From positions 1 to 56,738 of the IMG/VR virus record IMGVR_UViG_3300020733_000003: a stretch of 56,738 bases of DNA; one strand, 5' to 3'. Both the position numbers and the translations under genes were made by a program. The notes beneath the pieces are model-generated. The model saw nothing but the letters and a program-made list of their open reading frames with translations. It was not told the origin of the DNA and did not search any database. The DNA comes from a virus. Its lineage: Duplodnaviria > Caudoviricetes. This document shows, piece by piece, positions 23,583-33,362 of the stretch; positions within the stretch are counted from its first letter, which is position 1, and each line of letters opens with the position of its first letter.

Positions 23583-24689
23583 ATGACGACTTACACCAAA
23601 ACTGCTGGATCAGTCAAAAATGTAACCAAGAGTAGCTCTGTTGGCGCTTGGTCAAATGGTGGGGCTACGTGGAATAGCTCATCAGAAGGGGCAATCAACC
23701 AATTTACTGACTATCTCTGCTACTACAACTTTGGCTTCTCAATCCCATCCAACGAAGTAATAGTTGGTATTACTGTTAACTATGGCGCTCAAAACTCTCC
23801 TAACACGACGGAAACAGCCTGCGACAATTCTGTCGTACTGACAACGAATGCATCGTCACAAATAGGTGGATCTGTTGATCATGCTACGACAACCGCATAC
23901 AACAATGTCAGCCAAACAACTCAGACTCGGGGTGGCACTTCTGATACTTGGAGCAGTAGTTTAACCTACACACAGGCTAACTCCAGCAACTTTGGCTTTA
24001 TGGTCTCATCCAAGATGAAGACCAATGGTACAAGTGGGCCATACGCCACTTCGCAGATTTTGAACTCCACCCCCACAATTGTCATAACGACAACGGTCGT
24101 ATCTCCTCCATCGGCTCCAACTAGCCTGACTGCAAACGTTAGTGGGTTGACCGTAGTATTGAATTGGACAGCCGCTTCTGGCGCGACTGCATATAATGTC
24201 TACCGAGGCTCGACAAGCGGCTCAGAGACACTCTACGCTTCAGGAATCGGCACCACAACTTATACCGACCTTGGAGTGGCATCGGGTGGAACTTACTTTT
24301 ACTACGTCACGGCAACAAACACAGCAGGAGAGAGTAGCGCATCGAACGAAGTTTCAGCCGTTCTAAAGCCAGATCCTCCAACCGGAGTTACAGCGACTGC
24401 CGGGACAACATCGATTACTGTTGCGTGGGCGGCTTCCTCTGGTGCGACAGGATACAATGTCTACAGGTCGACCACTAGCGGCAGTGGATACACTGGCTTA
24501 GGGACGAGGATTTCGACCTTGAGTTACGTTGACTCAACAGCCCTTGAGGGTGTGATGTATTATTACGTTGTCAAGGCTTCAAACTCTGGAGGAACCAGTG
24601 AGTATAGCTCAGAGGCAAGCACGAGGATCACGACGTCCTCTGCGACAAAGATTTTGGCAGGATTCCCCGGCGGCATCAGGAGATTGTAA
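23583..24689 (+). CDS. Virion protein with two fibronectin type III domains
   Basis: PSAPTSL...LNW...YNVYR...YFYYVTA.N.AGES, repeated twice. Confidence 0.88.
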   Translation: MTTYTKTAGSVKNVTKSSSVGAWSNGGATWNSSSEGAINQFTDYLCYYNFGFSIPSNEVIVGITVNYGAQNSPNTTETACDNSVVLTTNASSQIGGSVDHATTTAYNNVSQTTQTRGGTSDTWSSSLTYTQANSSNFGFMVSSKMKTNGTSGPYATSQILNSTPTIVITTTVVSPPSAPTSLTANVSGLTVVLNWTAASGATAYNVYRGSTSGSETLYASGIGTTTYTDLGVASGGTYFYYVTATNTAGESSASNEVSAVLKPDPPTGVTATAGTTSITVAWAASSGATGYNVYRSTTSGSGYTGLGTRISTLSYVDSTALEGVMYYYVVKASNSGGTSEYSSEASTRITTSSATKILAGFPGGIRRL

Positions 24690-24698
24690 GAGAAGAAA

Positions 24699-25217
24699 AT
24701 GGCAGTTCAAGACGCAACAGCATTCCCGGTATACGGGCAAGCCTACCGGGAGGAGATCGCAGTTTACGATGCGACGACTGGCCAGCCTGTCACACTGAAC
24801 CTGTCGACAAGCGGAATCACTATTTCTCTTGCGCTCGATGGAGTGTCAACCAGCCCAACCGGATTGATAACGACAAGTCTGAGTCAAATTACAGGTGTCC
24901 TGATTCTTGATTTGACTGCGGCTTGCATGACGGCAAACACGGTTACGATCTACGTTTCCTGCACAAATATCTCAAACAGCTTCTCCCCCGTGAAGACGAT
25001 CAACCCACTTAAGCTTGGATCGACGGCAAGCAAACCTTGGTGGGAACAGGCTCCGCTATTGTTTGAGCAGATCGCTGTTCAGAACAACGCATTCCTATTC
25101 AACGCAAACCAGACCGTTGGTGGGGCTGTGACTGTCTTTAATAGGGATGGGACAACGCTTGCCACTGGAACTCTCCAAGCAGGTCAAACAGGGACTGTCA
25201 GGAGCCAACTGAGTTAA
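24699..25217 (+). CDS. Structural protein, paralog A
   Basis: Aligns end to end with the next gene. Confidence 0.75.
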   Translation: MAVQDATAFPVYGQAYREEIAVYDATTGQPVTLNLSTSGITISLALDGVSTSPTGLITTSLSQITGVLILDLTAACMTANTVTIYVSCTNISNSFSPVKTINPLKLGSTASKPWWEQAPLLFEQIAVQNNAFLFNANQTVGGAVTVFNRDGTTLATGTLQAGQTGTVRSQLS

Positions 25218-25220
25218 ACC

Positions 25221-25754
25221 ATGTCAGCCCCCTACGTAACTGCATTCCCCGTATATGCCAGCCCATTTCAATTTGAGGCTACGATATACGACATGCAGTC
25301 GGGGAACCCGGAGGCCGGGTTGGTTGTCAGTGTTCTTCCCGCTAACAACGTTGTCGTACAGATTTCCCTTGACAATGGGACACCGATAACACTTGCCCCG
25401 GTTGCTGAGTTTAAGCTGTCTGGCGTACCCGGGACCATCCTGATCACCTTGTCGGCGGCGCATATGACGGCGCATTCCATATTGGTCTCTGTGTCATCAA
25501 CGATCACCAACACCTATAGTCCAATCATCAGTATTCGACCCCTTAATCTCCAATCGATTGCTCCGGTGTGGCAGAGCCAATCTCCAGAACTCTTTGAACA
25601 GATTGACGCTCAAGCCAATGGCTATATGTTCAACCAACAGATTGGCAATACTACTGGCCAAACTCAGACGGTCTATAATAGAGACGGGTCGATCTTGGCA
25701 ACAGGAACACTTGTGCCAACTCAAACAGGAACTACGAGAGGTCAACTATCATGA
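25221..25754 (+). CDS. Structural protein, paralog B
   Basis: Shares TAFPVY, LFEQI, FN, NRDG..LATGTL and QTGT.R.QLS with paralog A. Confidence 0.75.
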   Translation: MSAPYVTAFPVYASPFQFEATIYDMQSGNPEAGLVVSVLPANNVVVQISLDNGTPITLAPVAEFKLSGVPGTILITLSAAHMTAHSILVSVSSTITNTYSPIISIRPLNLQSIAPVWQSQSPELFEQIDAQANGYMFNQQIGNTTGQTQTVYNRDGSILATGTLVPTQTGTTRGQLS

Positions 25755-26023
25755 TTCTTCAGGGTGAACCACCAAATGCGATGGGCGGCAATCTTAGTTC
25801 TTTGGCGGCGGCAAGCTGTATTTGCTCAACCTTGATCTTCACCTACCTGCCAGATTCTGCAGTTTTCAATAGTGCGCTAGTGGTAAAGAATCGAGAAATC
25901 GGTGGTGGATACTGCCAGTTGACTGGTAAGTGGTACCCTCGATCTCAGTTGCAGTTGGATGGCTTAGGCCGGCTTGTTGGCTACGACAATGTTACGACTC
26001 AACCCCAAGTCTGGACGTGGTAA
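25751..26023 (+). CDS. Hypothetical structural-module protein
   Basis: ATGA coupling; 90 aa. Confidence 0.65.
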   Translation: MILQGEPPNAMGGNLSSLAAASCICSTLIFTYLPDSAVFNSALVVKNREIGGGYCQLTGKWYPRSQLQLDGLGRLVGYDNVTTQPQVWTW

Positions 26024-26026
26024 AGA

Positions 26027-26905
26027 ATGGCACTGTTTACTGTTAATGATGTAATCACAAGGGCAACTCTTCACCTGTCCGACTTTCCCCCTGCGGTCGA
26101 CGGATATTGCACAGGCGGGGTCTCGGGAACTACGTTAACCGTATCCGCTGTTGCCAGTGGGCTTCCGCAGGTTGGACAGACGTTGTCTGGGACTGGAATT
26201 ACTGACGGCACCAAAATCCTTGCTCCGATCTCAGTCGCAGGCGACGGCACAGGCACCTACACGGTCAGTATAAGCCAAACTGTTTCTGGTGGCACTCAAA
26301 TCACACTTGAGAATGCAACAGCTCTCCAGATCATCAACGACGTTCAGGCCGACATCCTTCGCGCCGTCCGACTTTATCCGGTAACAACCCGAACGGTCAC
26401 GCTAATCTCGGGCCAGCAGTTCTACGCACTTGATCCAGACATCTACCGAATCTGGAGTTGCGTTTGGCAGAATAACGCCAACATCACAAGCCAGATCAAG
26501 ATTTTTGAGACCAGCCGAGATGAGCTTGACTATCAGGCTCCAAACTGGCAGGCGCAAAGCCCAACGATTACCTACAAGTATTTCGAGGACGGCGGCAACA
26601 TTGGCTTTGTTCCTCCTCCGCTGATCCCGACCACATCGGGATATCCAATCGTCAAGATTTATTGCACCACTGCCAGTCCATTACTCAGCAATGAGGACAC
26701 ACTGCCCCCGCAGGTTCCAACTCCCGATGCTTGGGTTTGGGGATGCTGTGCAAGGTGGGCTACAATGCAAAGGCGCGATGACGCCGCTGGCTTTGCTGAT
26801 CTCGCCACCGGAGCGAAGGACGACCTCATCCGGTTTGTCAACGGACGGCTTGCACGTCAGAAGAGTCGAGTGATGCAGTCGTACCCAAGGGTACGCAACA
26901 TATAG
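26027..26905 (+). CDS. Head-tail adaptor / tail tubular protein A-like, with an inserted beta domain
   Basis: TVNDVITRA..., [28 protein letters not shown]. Confidence 0.7.
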   Translation: MALFTVNDVITRATLHLSDFPPAVDGYCTGGVSGTTLTVSAVASGLPQVGQTLSGTGITDGTKILAPISVAGDGTGTYTVSISQTVSGGTQITLENATALQIINDVQADILRAVRLYPVTTRTVTLISGQQFYALDPDIYRIWSCVWQNNANITSQIKIFETSRDELDYQAPNWQAQSPTITYKYFEDGGNIGFVPPPLIPTTSGYPIVKIYCTTASPLLSNEDTLPPQVPTPDAWVWGCCARWATMQRRDDAAGFADLATGAKDDLIRFVNGRLARQKSRVMQSYPRVRNI

Positions 26906-26906
26906 C

Positions 26907-26953
26907 GTAGACGGGGAGGGATTGAGCCGCCTAGCCAAACCCAAACCGTCTAC
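26907..26953 (+). other. Long intergenic hairpin (possible processing or attenuation site)
   Basis: GTAGACGG/CCGTCTAC stem with inner GGG/CCC pairing and no U-tract. Confidence 0.4.
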
Positions 26954-26973
26954 ACTGTAGATAAGGCAAAACC

Positions 26974-29922
26974 ATGATCCCCCGACTGAAAAACGCTGGC
27001 ACCAAGATGCAACCCGTGGAAATCGTTCCGATGTTCCAACCGACCAAGATGCAGGGGTTTCAGTCGTACCCTGAGCCATCGAGCCTGCCCCCACAGCTTT
27101 TCTCCTTGATCAACAACGGACGGCTTAGTAAGGGGGTCATTACGGTGCGAGATGGTGATCCAACTTCCACAAATTACATCGACAGCCTGACATCCAGCTA
27201 TCACGTCCGAGGCGTTTATGAGTCGTTGTTCAATGGAGTGCAGACCATCTTTGTAGCGATTGGAGACGGCACATCCACACGTATCTATAAGTCGATTGAC
27301 AATGGCGCGACTTGGTCCGAGATCACCACTACCACAGGCCCATTTGGGAGCACAAGGCTAACCGATACCAGCCCCGTCCCAGTTTTCTTTCAAGTGGTGA
27401 GTCAGAACGATATTTACGGCGACACTCATGATATGCTCGTTGTGCAGAACGGAAAGGCGACGGATTACCCAAGGATTTATGGCTACAACGAAACTGCGCC
27501 TGTAAGTTATCAGATGGCAATTGCCCAAGAGATACCCGCAGTCCCAAGCTCATCCAACCTTTACCAACAGGCCGCATTTGCAAACTTTTTTAATATCTTA
27601 GGGGATTCAATAACTTACTCCACAGGCCCAAGTGGAACAACTCCTACACTCTCCAACGTAACCGCAGGGTCTCCTGCGGTCTTGCAAAACATTGCGCTGA
27701 GTATCCCTGCAAGTTGCGGACAGAATACTTGGGCAAAGATGGTGTTCCCAGCATGGGTCGACTTCAGTAATGCGACACAGTTTGTGCTGATTACCGACCA
27801 ACAGAACTCGGTTACGGTTCAGTCATACAATTCATCGTCCAACCAAATAACCTTAACAACAAGCCCACTTGTTGCGGGGGCGCTTGCTGGATCAACAATT
27901 TACGTTCAATCTGGCACTGGGCTAGGTCAAAGTTTACTGGTTGCCACAAACGGCACCAACACTATTACATTGAACTCAGCACCCGCCGTAGCCCCTGCTA
28001 ACGGAACGGTCTTAGCTATTGCTCAAGACCCAAGTTTATTGCAAACCAAAATTTCATTTTCGCTGGTGGATTCAAGTGGCAAGGAGGCTGAATGTTATAA
28101 CCCGGTCACGTCCGTAGGGAACCTTCTTTCGCTGGCTTATCCTTCAACGATATCGGACTCGGCGGCGCAAATAGCATTTCCTATGCCATCGACCTACCCT
28201 ACCGGGTTTAACGTGGCTCAAATTCAGGGAGTCAAAATTTACTACCGAGCGGCATCGACGGCGGCAATCCCTACGACCATGCAAATTTACTTGATGGCCG
28301 CAGGGGGAAAGACGCAGGGAACTGCCGCATTTGGAGTGGCTTATCACAGTTCGTATTCCCATCAAACTGGACCCGGCACGATCATTACGGACCAACAACA
28401 GATGCCGCTGTCGTCGATGCTTGCTGGCGCTGGCTACGGGAAGCTAACCCTACTTGAAGATCCTCGGTTCTACTACGATTACGTTATCACTTGCCCTACT
28501 CCAACGCTTAATCAGGTTCAAAACAGTGGAGCAGATATCCTGCTTGTCTACCGGGAAGACACTGGACAGACTCAGTATTATTTGGCGACTTTTGGGAGCT
28601 TCGCATCTTACGGTGGATCTCCTGCGGCATGGGCCGTACCATATAGCACAGTTACGGTGGGGTTGCATTTTGGGACAAGCTTTGGCGATTGTGGCCTAAC
28701 CGTCAACTTTGCACAGCCATTGCCATCAGGGGCGGCTTTGACGACCCCTATCGGTACAGCCATGGACTTTATTAATGGTCGATTCTTGATTTGCGGTGGT
28801 TCGACACTTTGGATCAGCGATTATCAGCAACCCTTCCTTTTTACGTTGGCACAACGGTTCCTTTCGCCCGGAGTACCTGATGAACTTTCTGGGACTACTC
28901 AAACAAGACCCGGCGAGACGTTCCAGCAGATCAGCGCATTGGGTGCGATCCCTGCGGCAAGTGGAGTATCGAACAGCCCACTCTCGGGGACTAGTACGGT
29001 CTACATCTGGACTGACAGCAACTTTTATCAGTTGCCGGGATTCTCCACGACGGGGTTGAACACCTTATCGTTTGTCGCCAGCCATGGAACCAATAGCCCT
29101 TACTCGGTGGCGAGGCTCAGGACGGCACTCTACTGGCTTGATAACCAGAATGAGATTTGCACCTTTTCGGCTGGTATGTCAATGCTTTACGGAATTAACA
29201 TTCCTGATATGCAAACCCACGTTCTGTCGCTGTACCGAGTCGACGACCAGACTCTTGGCATCCCTCAGAATAGGCTTGCGTGGGTCAGTGGGGCAGTGAG
29301 GAACAACCGATACTACATGGCCTATAGCGCCCCCAGTGCCTCGACAAACCAACAGGCGTTAGTCTGGAGTGACCAGCAAGGATTCTGGGAGTCGATCGAT
29401 ACCTTTGGTGGGACAGTTGCCAACAGCCAGACAGAGTGTGCCTTTATGATGCCCTACGTCACAGGCACATCTGGGTCTGGCGCAGGATATCAGAAGCTAT
29501 ACTACTTCGGGACTGATGCATCGGGAGTCTACATGGCAGAGCATGAGGTTCCGGGCGACACCAGCAATGTCTCATTCAATGTGACATTCCGAGAACTGAA
29601 CAGCGCCTTCACGAAGCTGATCGAGATGGACACAGTTCAGGTGGCCGCATCCTCGGCACACGGCGCATTCACACTTTACACATCTCGAGTGATCGACGGG
29701 CAGACATCAAACCCAAGCATTGGCATGATGACTTGGCCAGCGGGTGTTATTGCCACCAAGACGGACATGAAGGTTCCGGGTCTGCCCTACTACAAACAGG
29801 TCGGAGGGACGGGCAATAGAATCCTCCTTTCGATCTACAACACGTCTGGCATTCCGGGCGGCACAACAATCTTATCAGTGTCGGCTAAGACCAAGGCGCT
29901 GGAAGGAAGCTACCATCAATGA
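26974..29922 (+). CDS. Tail nozzle / tail tubular protein B-like
   Basis: 982 aa after the adaptor; beta-propeller-like motifs (NGRFLI..LWISD, HGTNSPYSVA...LYWLD). Confidence 0.7.
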   Translation: MIPRLKNAGTKMQPVEIVPMFQPTKMQGFQSYPEPSSLPPQLFSLINNGRLSKGVITVRDGDPTSTNYIDSLTSSYHVRGVYESLFNGVQTIFVAIGDGTSTRIYKSIDNGATWSEITTTTGPFGSTRLTDTSPVPVFFQVVSQNDIYGDTHDMLVVQNGKATDYPRIYGYNETAPVSYQMAIAQEIPAVPSSSNLYQQAAFANFFNILGDSITYSTGPSGTTPTLSNVTAGSPAVLQNIALSIPASCGQNTWAKMVFPAWVDFSNATQFVLITDQQNSVTVQSYNSSSNQITLTTSPLVAGALAGSTIYVQSGTGLGQSLLVATNGTNTITLNSAPAVAPANGTVLAIAQDPSLLQTKISFSLVDSSGKEAECYNPVTSVGNLLSLAYPSTISDSAAQIAFPMPSTYPTGFNVAQIQGVKIYYRAASTAAIPTTMQIYLMAAGGKTQGTAAFGVAYHSSYSHQTGPGTIITDQQQMPLSSMLAGAGYGKLTLLEDPRFYYDYVITCPTPTLNQVQNSGADILLVYREDTGQTQYYLATFGSFASYGGSPAAWAVPYSTVTVGLHFGTSFGDCGLTVNFAQPLPSGAALTTPIGTAMDFINGRFLICGGSTLWISDYQQPFLFTLAQRFLSPGVPDELSGTTQTRPGETFQQISALGAIPAASGVSNSPLSGTSTVYIWTDSNFYQLPGFSTTGLNTLSFVASHGTNSPYSVARLRTALYWLDNQNEICTFSAGMSMLYGINIPDMQTHVLSLYRVDDQTLGIPQNRLAWVSGAVRNNRYYMAYSAPSASTNQQALVWSDQQGFWESIDTFGGTVANSQTECAFMMPYVTGTSGSGAGYQKLYYFGTDASGVYMAEHEVPGDTSNVSFNVTFRELNSAFTKLIEMDTVQVAASSAHGAFTLYTSRVIDGQTSNPSIGMMTWPAGVIATKTDMKVPGLPYYKQVGGTGNRILLSIYNTSGIPGGTTILSVSAKTKALEGSYHQ

Positions 29923-30071
29923 TCACCCTGAAGCCTAACAAGAAACGCATAGCCAAGCGCAATAAGCTGATCCAACACGCCTCACTTGCACAACGAGATT
30001 GGCGTCGTGACCAGATACTGCATCTGTACATGACTCAGAAAAGGCCAAAGTTGAAGACTAAGTTATTCTGA
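29919..30071 (+). CDS. Small basic protein (50 aa, not in ORF track)
   Basis: ATGA coupling; MITLKPNKKRIAKRNKLIQH... Confidence 0.5.
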   Translation: MITLKPNKKRIAKRNKLIQHASLAQRDWRRDQILHLYMTQKRPKLKTKLF

Positions 30072-30141
30072 GATGGTCTATCATATAGAGTAACTGCACT
30101 CGGACTTAGGCGACCGGAGTTGCACTCAAAGGATGTGACCT

Positions 30142-31197
30142 ATGGTGCCGGGAGCCTTTTCGTACAAACAAAACAATCAACCCGTAGCTCAAACCCCTAG
30201 CTATCCAACAGGAAGTCTTGGCGCTACAGGCGTTGCGGCATTTAGACCAGCGACGGCGGCAACTCAGGGGATGAACACTCCGACCCCTACAGCTTCAAGC
30301 GCATCGAACCCATACGCTGTCAAACCTGCGGCTCAATCTGCGGTGCAGGGCATTTTAGCTAACACTGGATCAACTCCTCCGTCGGTTCAGATGAAGCCAG
30401 CCAGTAACCAAGTTCAAGGCAATCAGGGATACACTAACAACGGTCAGATTGCTCCGATGTCCGCGCAATCTGCCAATAATCCGTCTTACTACCAGAACAA
30501 CCCGTTGCAATATGGATCTTGGTCTGGCAATCCGCTGTTCTCCGAAATTGGATCGATCGGTCGATACCTTGGTCCCCTTGCTGGCCAGCAAGCGCAATTT
30601 GCTGGCCAGATGGAGCCGCTACGACAGCAGGCCATCCAGAACTACTTGAACATGATGTCCCCCGCATCTCAGCAGGCGCAAATTAACACCTACGGCAATC
30701 AAGCGGCGCAGAATGCAAACGTGGGGGCAATGCAGTCTAATGCCATGCAGAAGGCCATGGGCCTTGGCACAGGCTATCAGGCTGGAAATATTGCGGCGGC
30801 AGGACAATCGGCGGCTAACGCTCGAAACCAGTACGCACAGCAAGTGGCTTCTCCGCAGTATCAGCAACAGTTACTTCAGGGAATGCTTGGTGCAATTGGG
30901 CAAGGACAGCAAATGCCAATGATTCAAGAACTGCTGGGCATGAATTCTGGCCTCATGAATCAAGAGCAGTTGAATAATGCAAGTGCTGGCTCCGGTGTCC
31001 TTGGCGGCTTGGCTGGTATTGCCGGGGCTTACCTTGGAGCAGGTGCGCCGGGGCTTTTAAAAGCAAGTAGCGGTGGTGGTAGAGTTATCTCCCAACCCAT
31101 CGCTTATGACCCGTCACAGGCAACCGGACAATGGACAGACGTGCCAGCAGGCAACGGCTTAACACCAGACCAAGCTTATGAGTTTTCACAATATTAA
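30142..31197 (+). CDS. Putative ejection / internal virion protein
   Basis: Gln/Ala/Gly/Asn-rich; C-terminal glycine zipper GVLGGLAGIAGAYLG. Confidence 0.7.
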   Translation: MVPGAFSYKQNNQPVAQTPSYPTGSLGATGVAAFRPATAATQGMNTPTPTASSASNPYAVKPAAQSAVQGILANTGSTPPSVQMKPASNQVQGNQGYTNNGQIAPMSAQSANNPSYYQNNPLQYGSWSGNPLFSEIGSIGRYLGPLAGQQAQFAGQMEPLRQQAIQNYLNMMSPASQQAQINTYGNQAAQNANVGAMQSNAMQKAMGLGTGYQAGNIAAAGQSAANARNQYAQQVASPQYQQQLLQGMLGAIGQGQQMPMIQELLGMNSGLMNQEQLNNASAGSGVLGGLAGIAGAYLGAGAPGLLKASSGGGRVISQPIAYDPSQATGQWTDVPAGNGLTPDQAYEFSQY

Positions 31198-31208
31198 ATA
31201 GAACAGCA

Positions 31209-33362
31209 ATGGTAAATCCCAATCTCATTCAATCGCTGGTTGACCAGGCGGCTACTCAGACAGCAAATAACGGAGGCGTGGCCCAAGATGCAGGAACCAC
31301 CCAAACAAGAACTGCGGCATTGAGTGCCGCCGGGATTACTACGCCTCAAGATCAAACAAAGTCTGCTGGCCCATTCCCGCAGTCGACCTACTACGGCACA
31401 TCAAAGCCATTGCATCCGCTACTGATGCCCTATGCGGCCAATATCCACCCTGAGGCGCTGGAGCATATGAACAACGTGTTGTACGGCGATCATGAGCCTG
31501 ACCATACGTTCTTGAACCAGTACCACCCAAATTCCCAGACGCTTGATCTTAACGAGGGAACGCCTGTTCCGGGGCTAAACGCAAGTACAGGGGAGATGAC
31601 TCCATTTTCGCAAACGCCTGCGCCAAGTCAAACCGGGGCTATTGAAAACAAAGTCAAAGGAAACTTAGTTAAGGCTCTCGAGACGGCAGGGGCTGTAAGT
31701 GGGGCTAAGCCAGATAAAAATTTTCAACCTTTACAATTGACAGAAGATGACCTTAAAAAAGCAGGGCTAAGCATTACTAACCAATACACTCCCGCGAACT
31801 CAATTTACGCATCAACAGATGTTTCCGATTTGGGCGCTGGCGTGCAAATAGATCCATTGACCGGGTTGCCTACTAACACAAGAAACCCAATTTGGGGCAA
31901 AGTGAACGAGTTAGAGCGCAGATTAAAATCATTGCAAGAGCCTGTTGTTAATCCAGAACTGGAAAAGAAAATGATTGAGGCTGAAGGGCAAGCAGGTAAC
32001 TTGAGCGCAAGGCAACAACAAGCTTATGCTGACTGGCTTGCCGCACATCCTGCCCCTTCTCCGCATCGGATGACCGGGCTAGAAGCATTGGCTGGTGGCT
32101 TACTTAGTCTTGGAGATCGTTCTGGAGCCGCCGCACATAACTTCCTCCAGAACTACAACGCTCAGAACGAGCAACAGTATCAAAACGCAATGGGCCAATA
32201 TCAGGCTCAGGCTAACCAACTTACTCAGCAACAAAAAGCCGAACTTGCGGCAACCCAAGCAGGCGCTACAAACGCAGAAACAGCATACAAGCTCGGAATG
32301 CTACCAGTCAATGCGGAAATTACTAAGCAAAAAAATCTTGCAACCGAGTACACCAAGCTTGTTGACGAGGCTCGTAAAGCGGACGCAGATATTATGTCTA
32401 CTGCGATTAAATCCGCTTCAAACGCAAATGTTGCCCAAAAGAATTATATGGGGGTCTTGACCAGCCCTAACACAACCCCAGAAAATAAAAGTCTTGCGTT
32501 AGCATGGCTAAGAGAAAACGTCCCAACTTTCACTAATTTAACAGACGATGGAATTGTACGAATTGCAAATGCACAGTCGTCAAAAAACGTTTTAGACTAC
32601 CAAAAAGCGCAACAAGCATTTGAAGTTGGGCGGCTGGCCGGAACAAAAGCTGATAATTGGGCAAGCCAGTTGTCCGCAGATGAGGCAGACAAACTATCTA
32701 GGGCGTACAGCAGTCTTAAAATGGCGGGGAAAACTGATGCCGATATGCAAACGGTTCTCGCGGCTTTGCCTTACGTTGCAAAGGAAAAACAAGCTGAAAT
32801 TGCGGAAAAGGAAGGGCAAGCGGCTTTAGCTAACGCGAACGCAAGAAAAGCGGCAAACGAAATTAATAGGCAAGACCCACAAACAATTACAAACGAATTG
32901 AAACAATTCCAGCAAACCGTAGACATTCAAGAAAGTTTAATTAACACATATAATTCCCAATTACAAACATATAAAAACCCAAAAACGGGTTACCCTACTG
33001 AGGGCGACCCTCAATATGATGGATTTGCTCTTATCCAATCGAGACGGGACAGGGCGATGGCAGACCTTAGGAAAATTCAAAAAGGTCAAGGAGCAACTGT
33101 TCGGTCACTTTCTGACCAACCCGCTTCAGTCCCGCCGCAAAGGAATGGTGCCGCCGTGTCCCAGAACGCGAAGGGGGCGACGGAATCTAGCGGTGGGCAA
33201 TTTAGCTGGATGATGCCCAAAAAATCAACCGTTATTAATTCCCAAACATACAATCGAATTTATGCCCTTACACAAAAAGCGATCCAAGGGGCAAGAAGCC
33301 AATCCGAAGCCGCTGAGATGTTGTCGAAATATTACGGCACGATAACAAAGGAAGGGCAATAA
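31209..33362 (+). CDS. Putative ejection / internal virion protein
   Basis: 717 aa; helical and coiled; GLEALAGGLLSLG; position. Confidence 0.7.
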   Translation: MVNPNLIQSLVDQAATQTANNGGVAQDAGTTQTRTAALSAAGITTPQDQTKSAGPFPQSTYYGTSKPLHPLLMPYAANIHPEALEHMNNVLYGDHEPDHTFLNQYHPNSQTLDLNEGTPVPGLNASTGEMTPFSQTPAPSQTGAIENKVKGNLVKALETAGAVSGAKPDKNFQPLQLTEDDLKKAGLSITNQYTPANSIYASTDVSDLGAGVQIDPLTGLPTNTRNPIWGKVNELERRLKSLQEPVVNPELEKKMIEAEGQAGNLSARQQQAYADWLAAHPAPSPHRMTGLEALAGGLLSLGDRSGAAAHNFLQNYNAQNEQQYQNAMGQYQAQANQLTQQQKAELAATQAGATNAETAYKLGMLPVNAEITKQKNLATEYTKLVDEARKADADIMSTAIKSASNANVAQKNYMGVLTSPNTTPENKSLALAWLRENVPTFTNLTDDGIVRIANAQSSKNVLDYQKAQQAFEVGRLAGTKADNWASQLSADEADKLSRAYSSLKMAGKTDADMQTVLAALPYVAKEKQAEIAEKEGQAALANANARKAANEINRQDPQTITNELKQFQQTVDIQESLINTYNSQLQTYKNPKTGYPTEGDPQYDGFALIQSRRDRAMADLRKIQKGQGATVRSLSDQPASVPPQRNGAAVSQNAKGATESSGGQFSWMMPKKSTVINSQTYNRIYALTQKAIQGARSQSEAAEMLSKYYGTITKEGQ

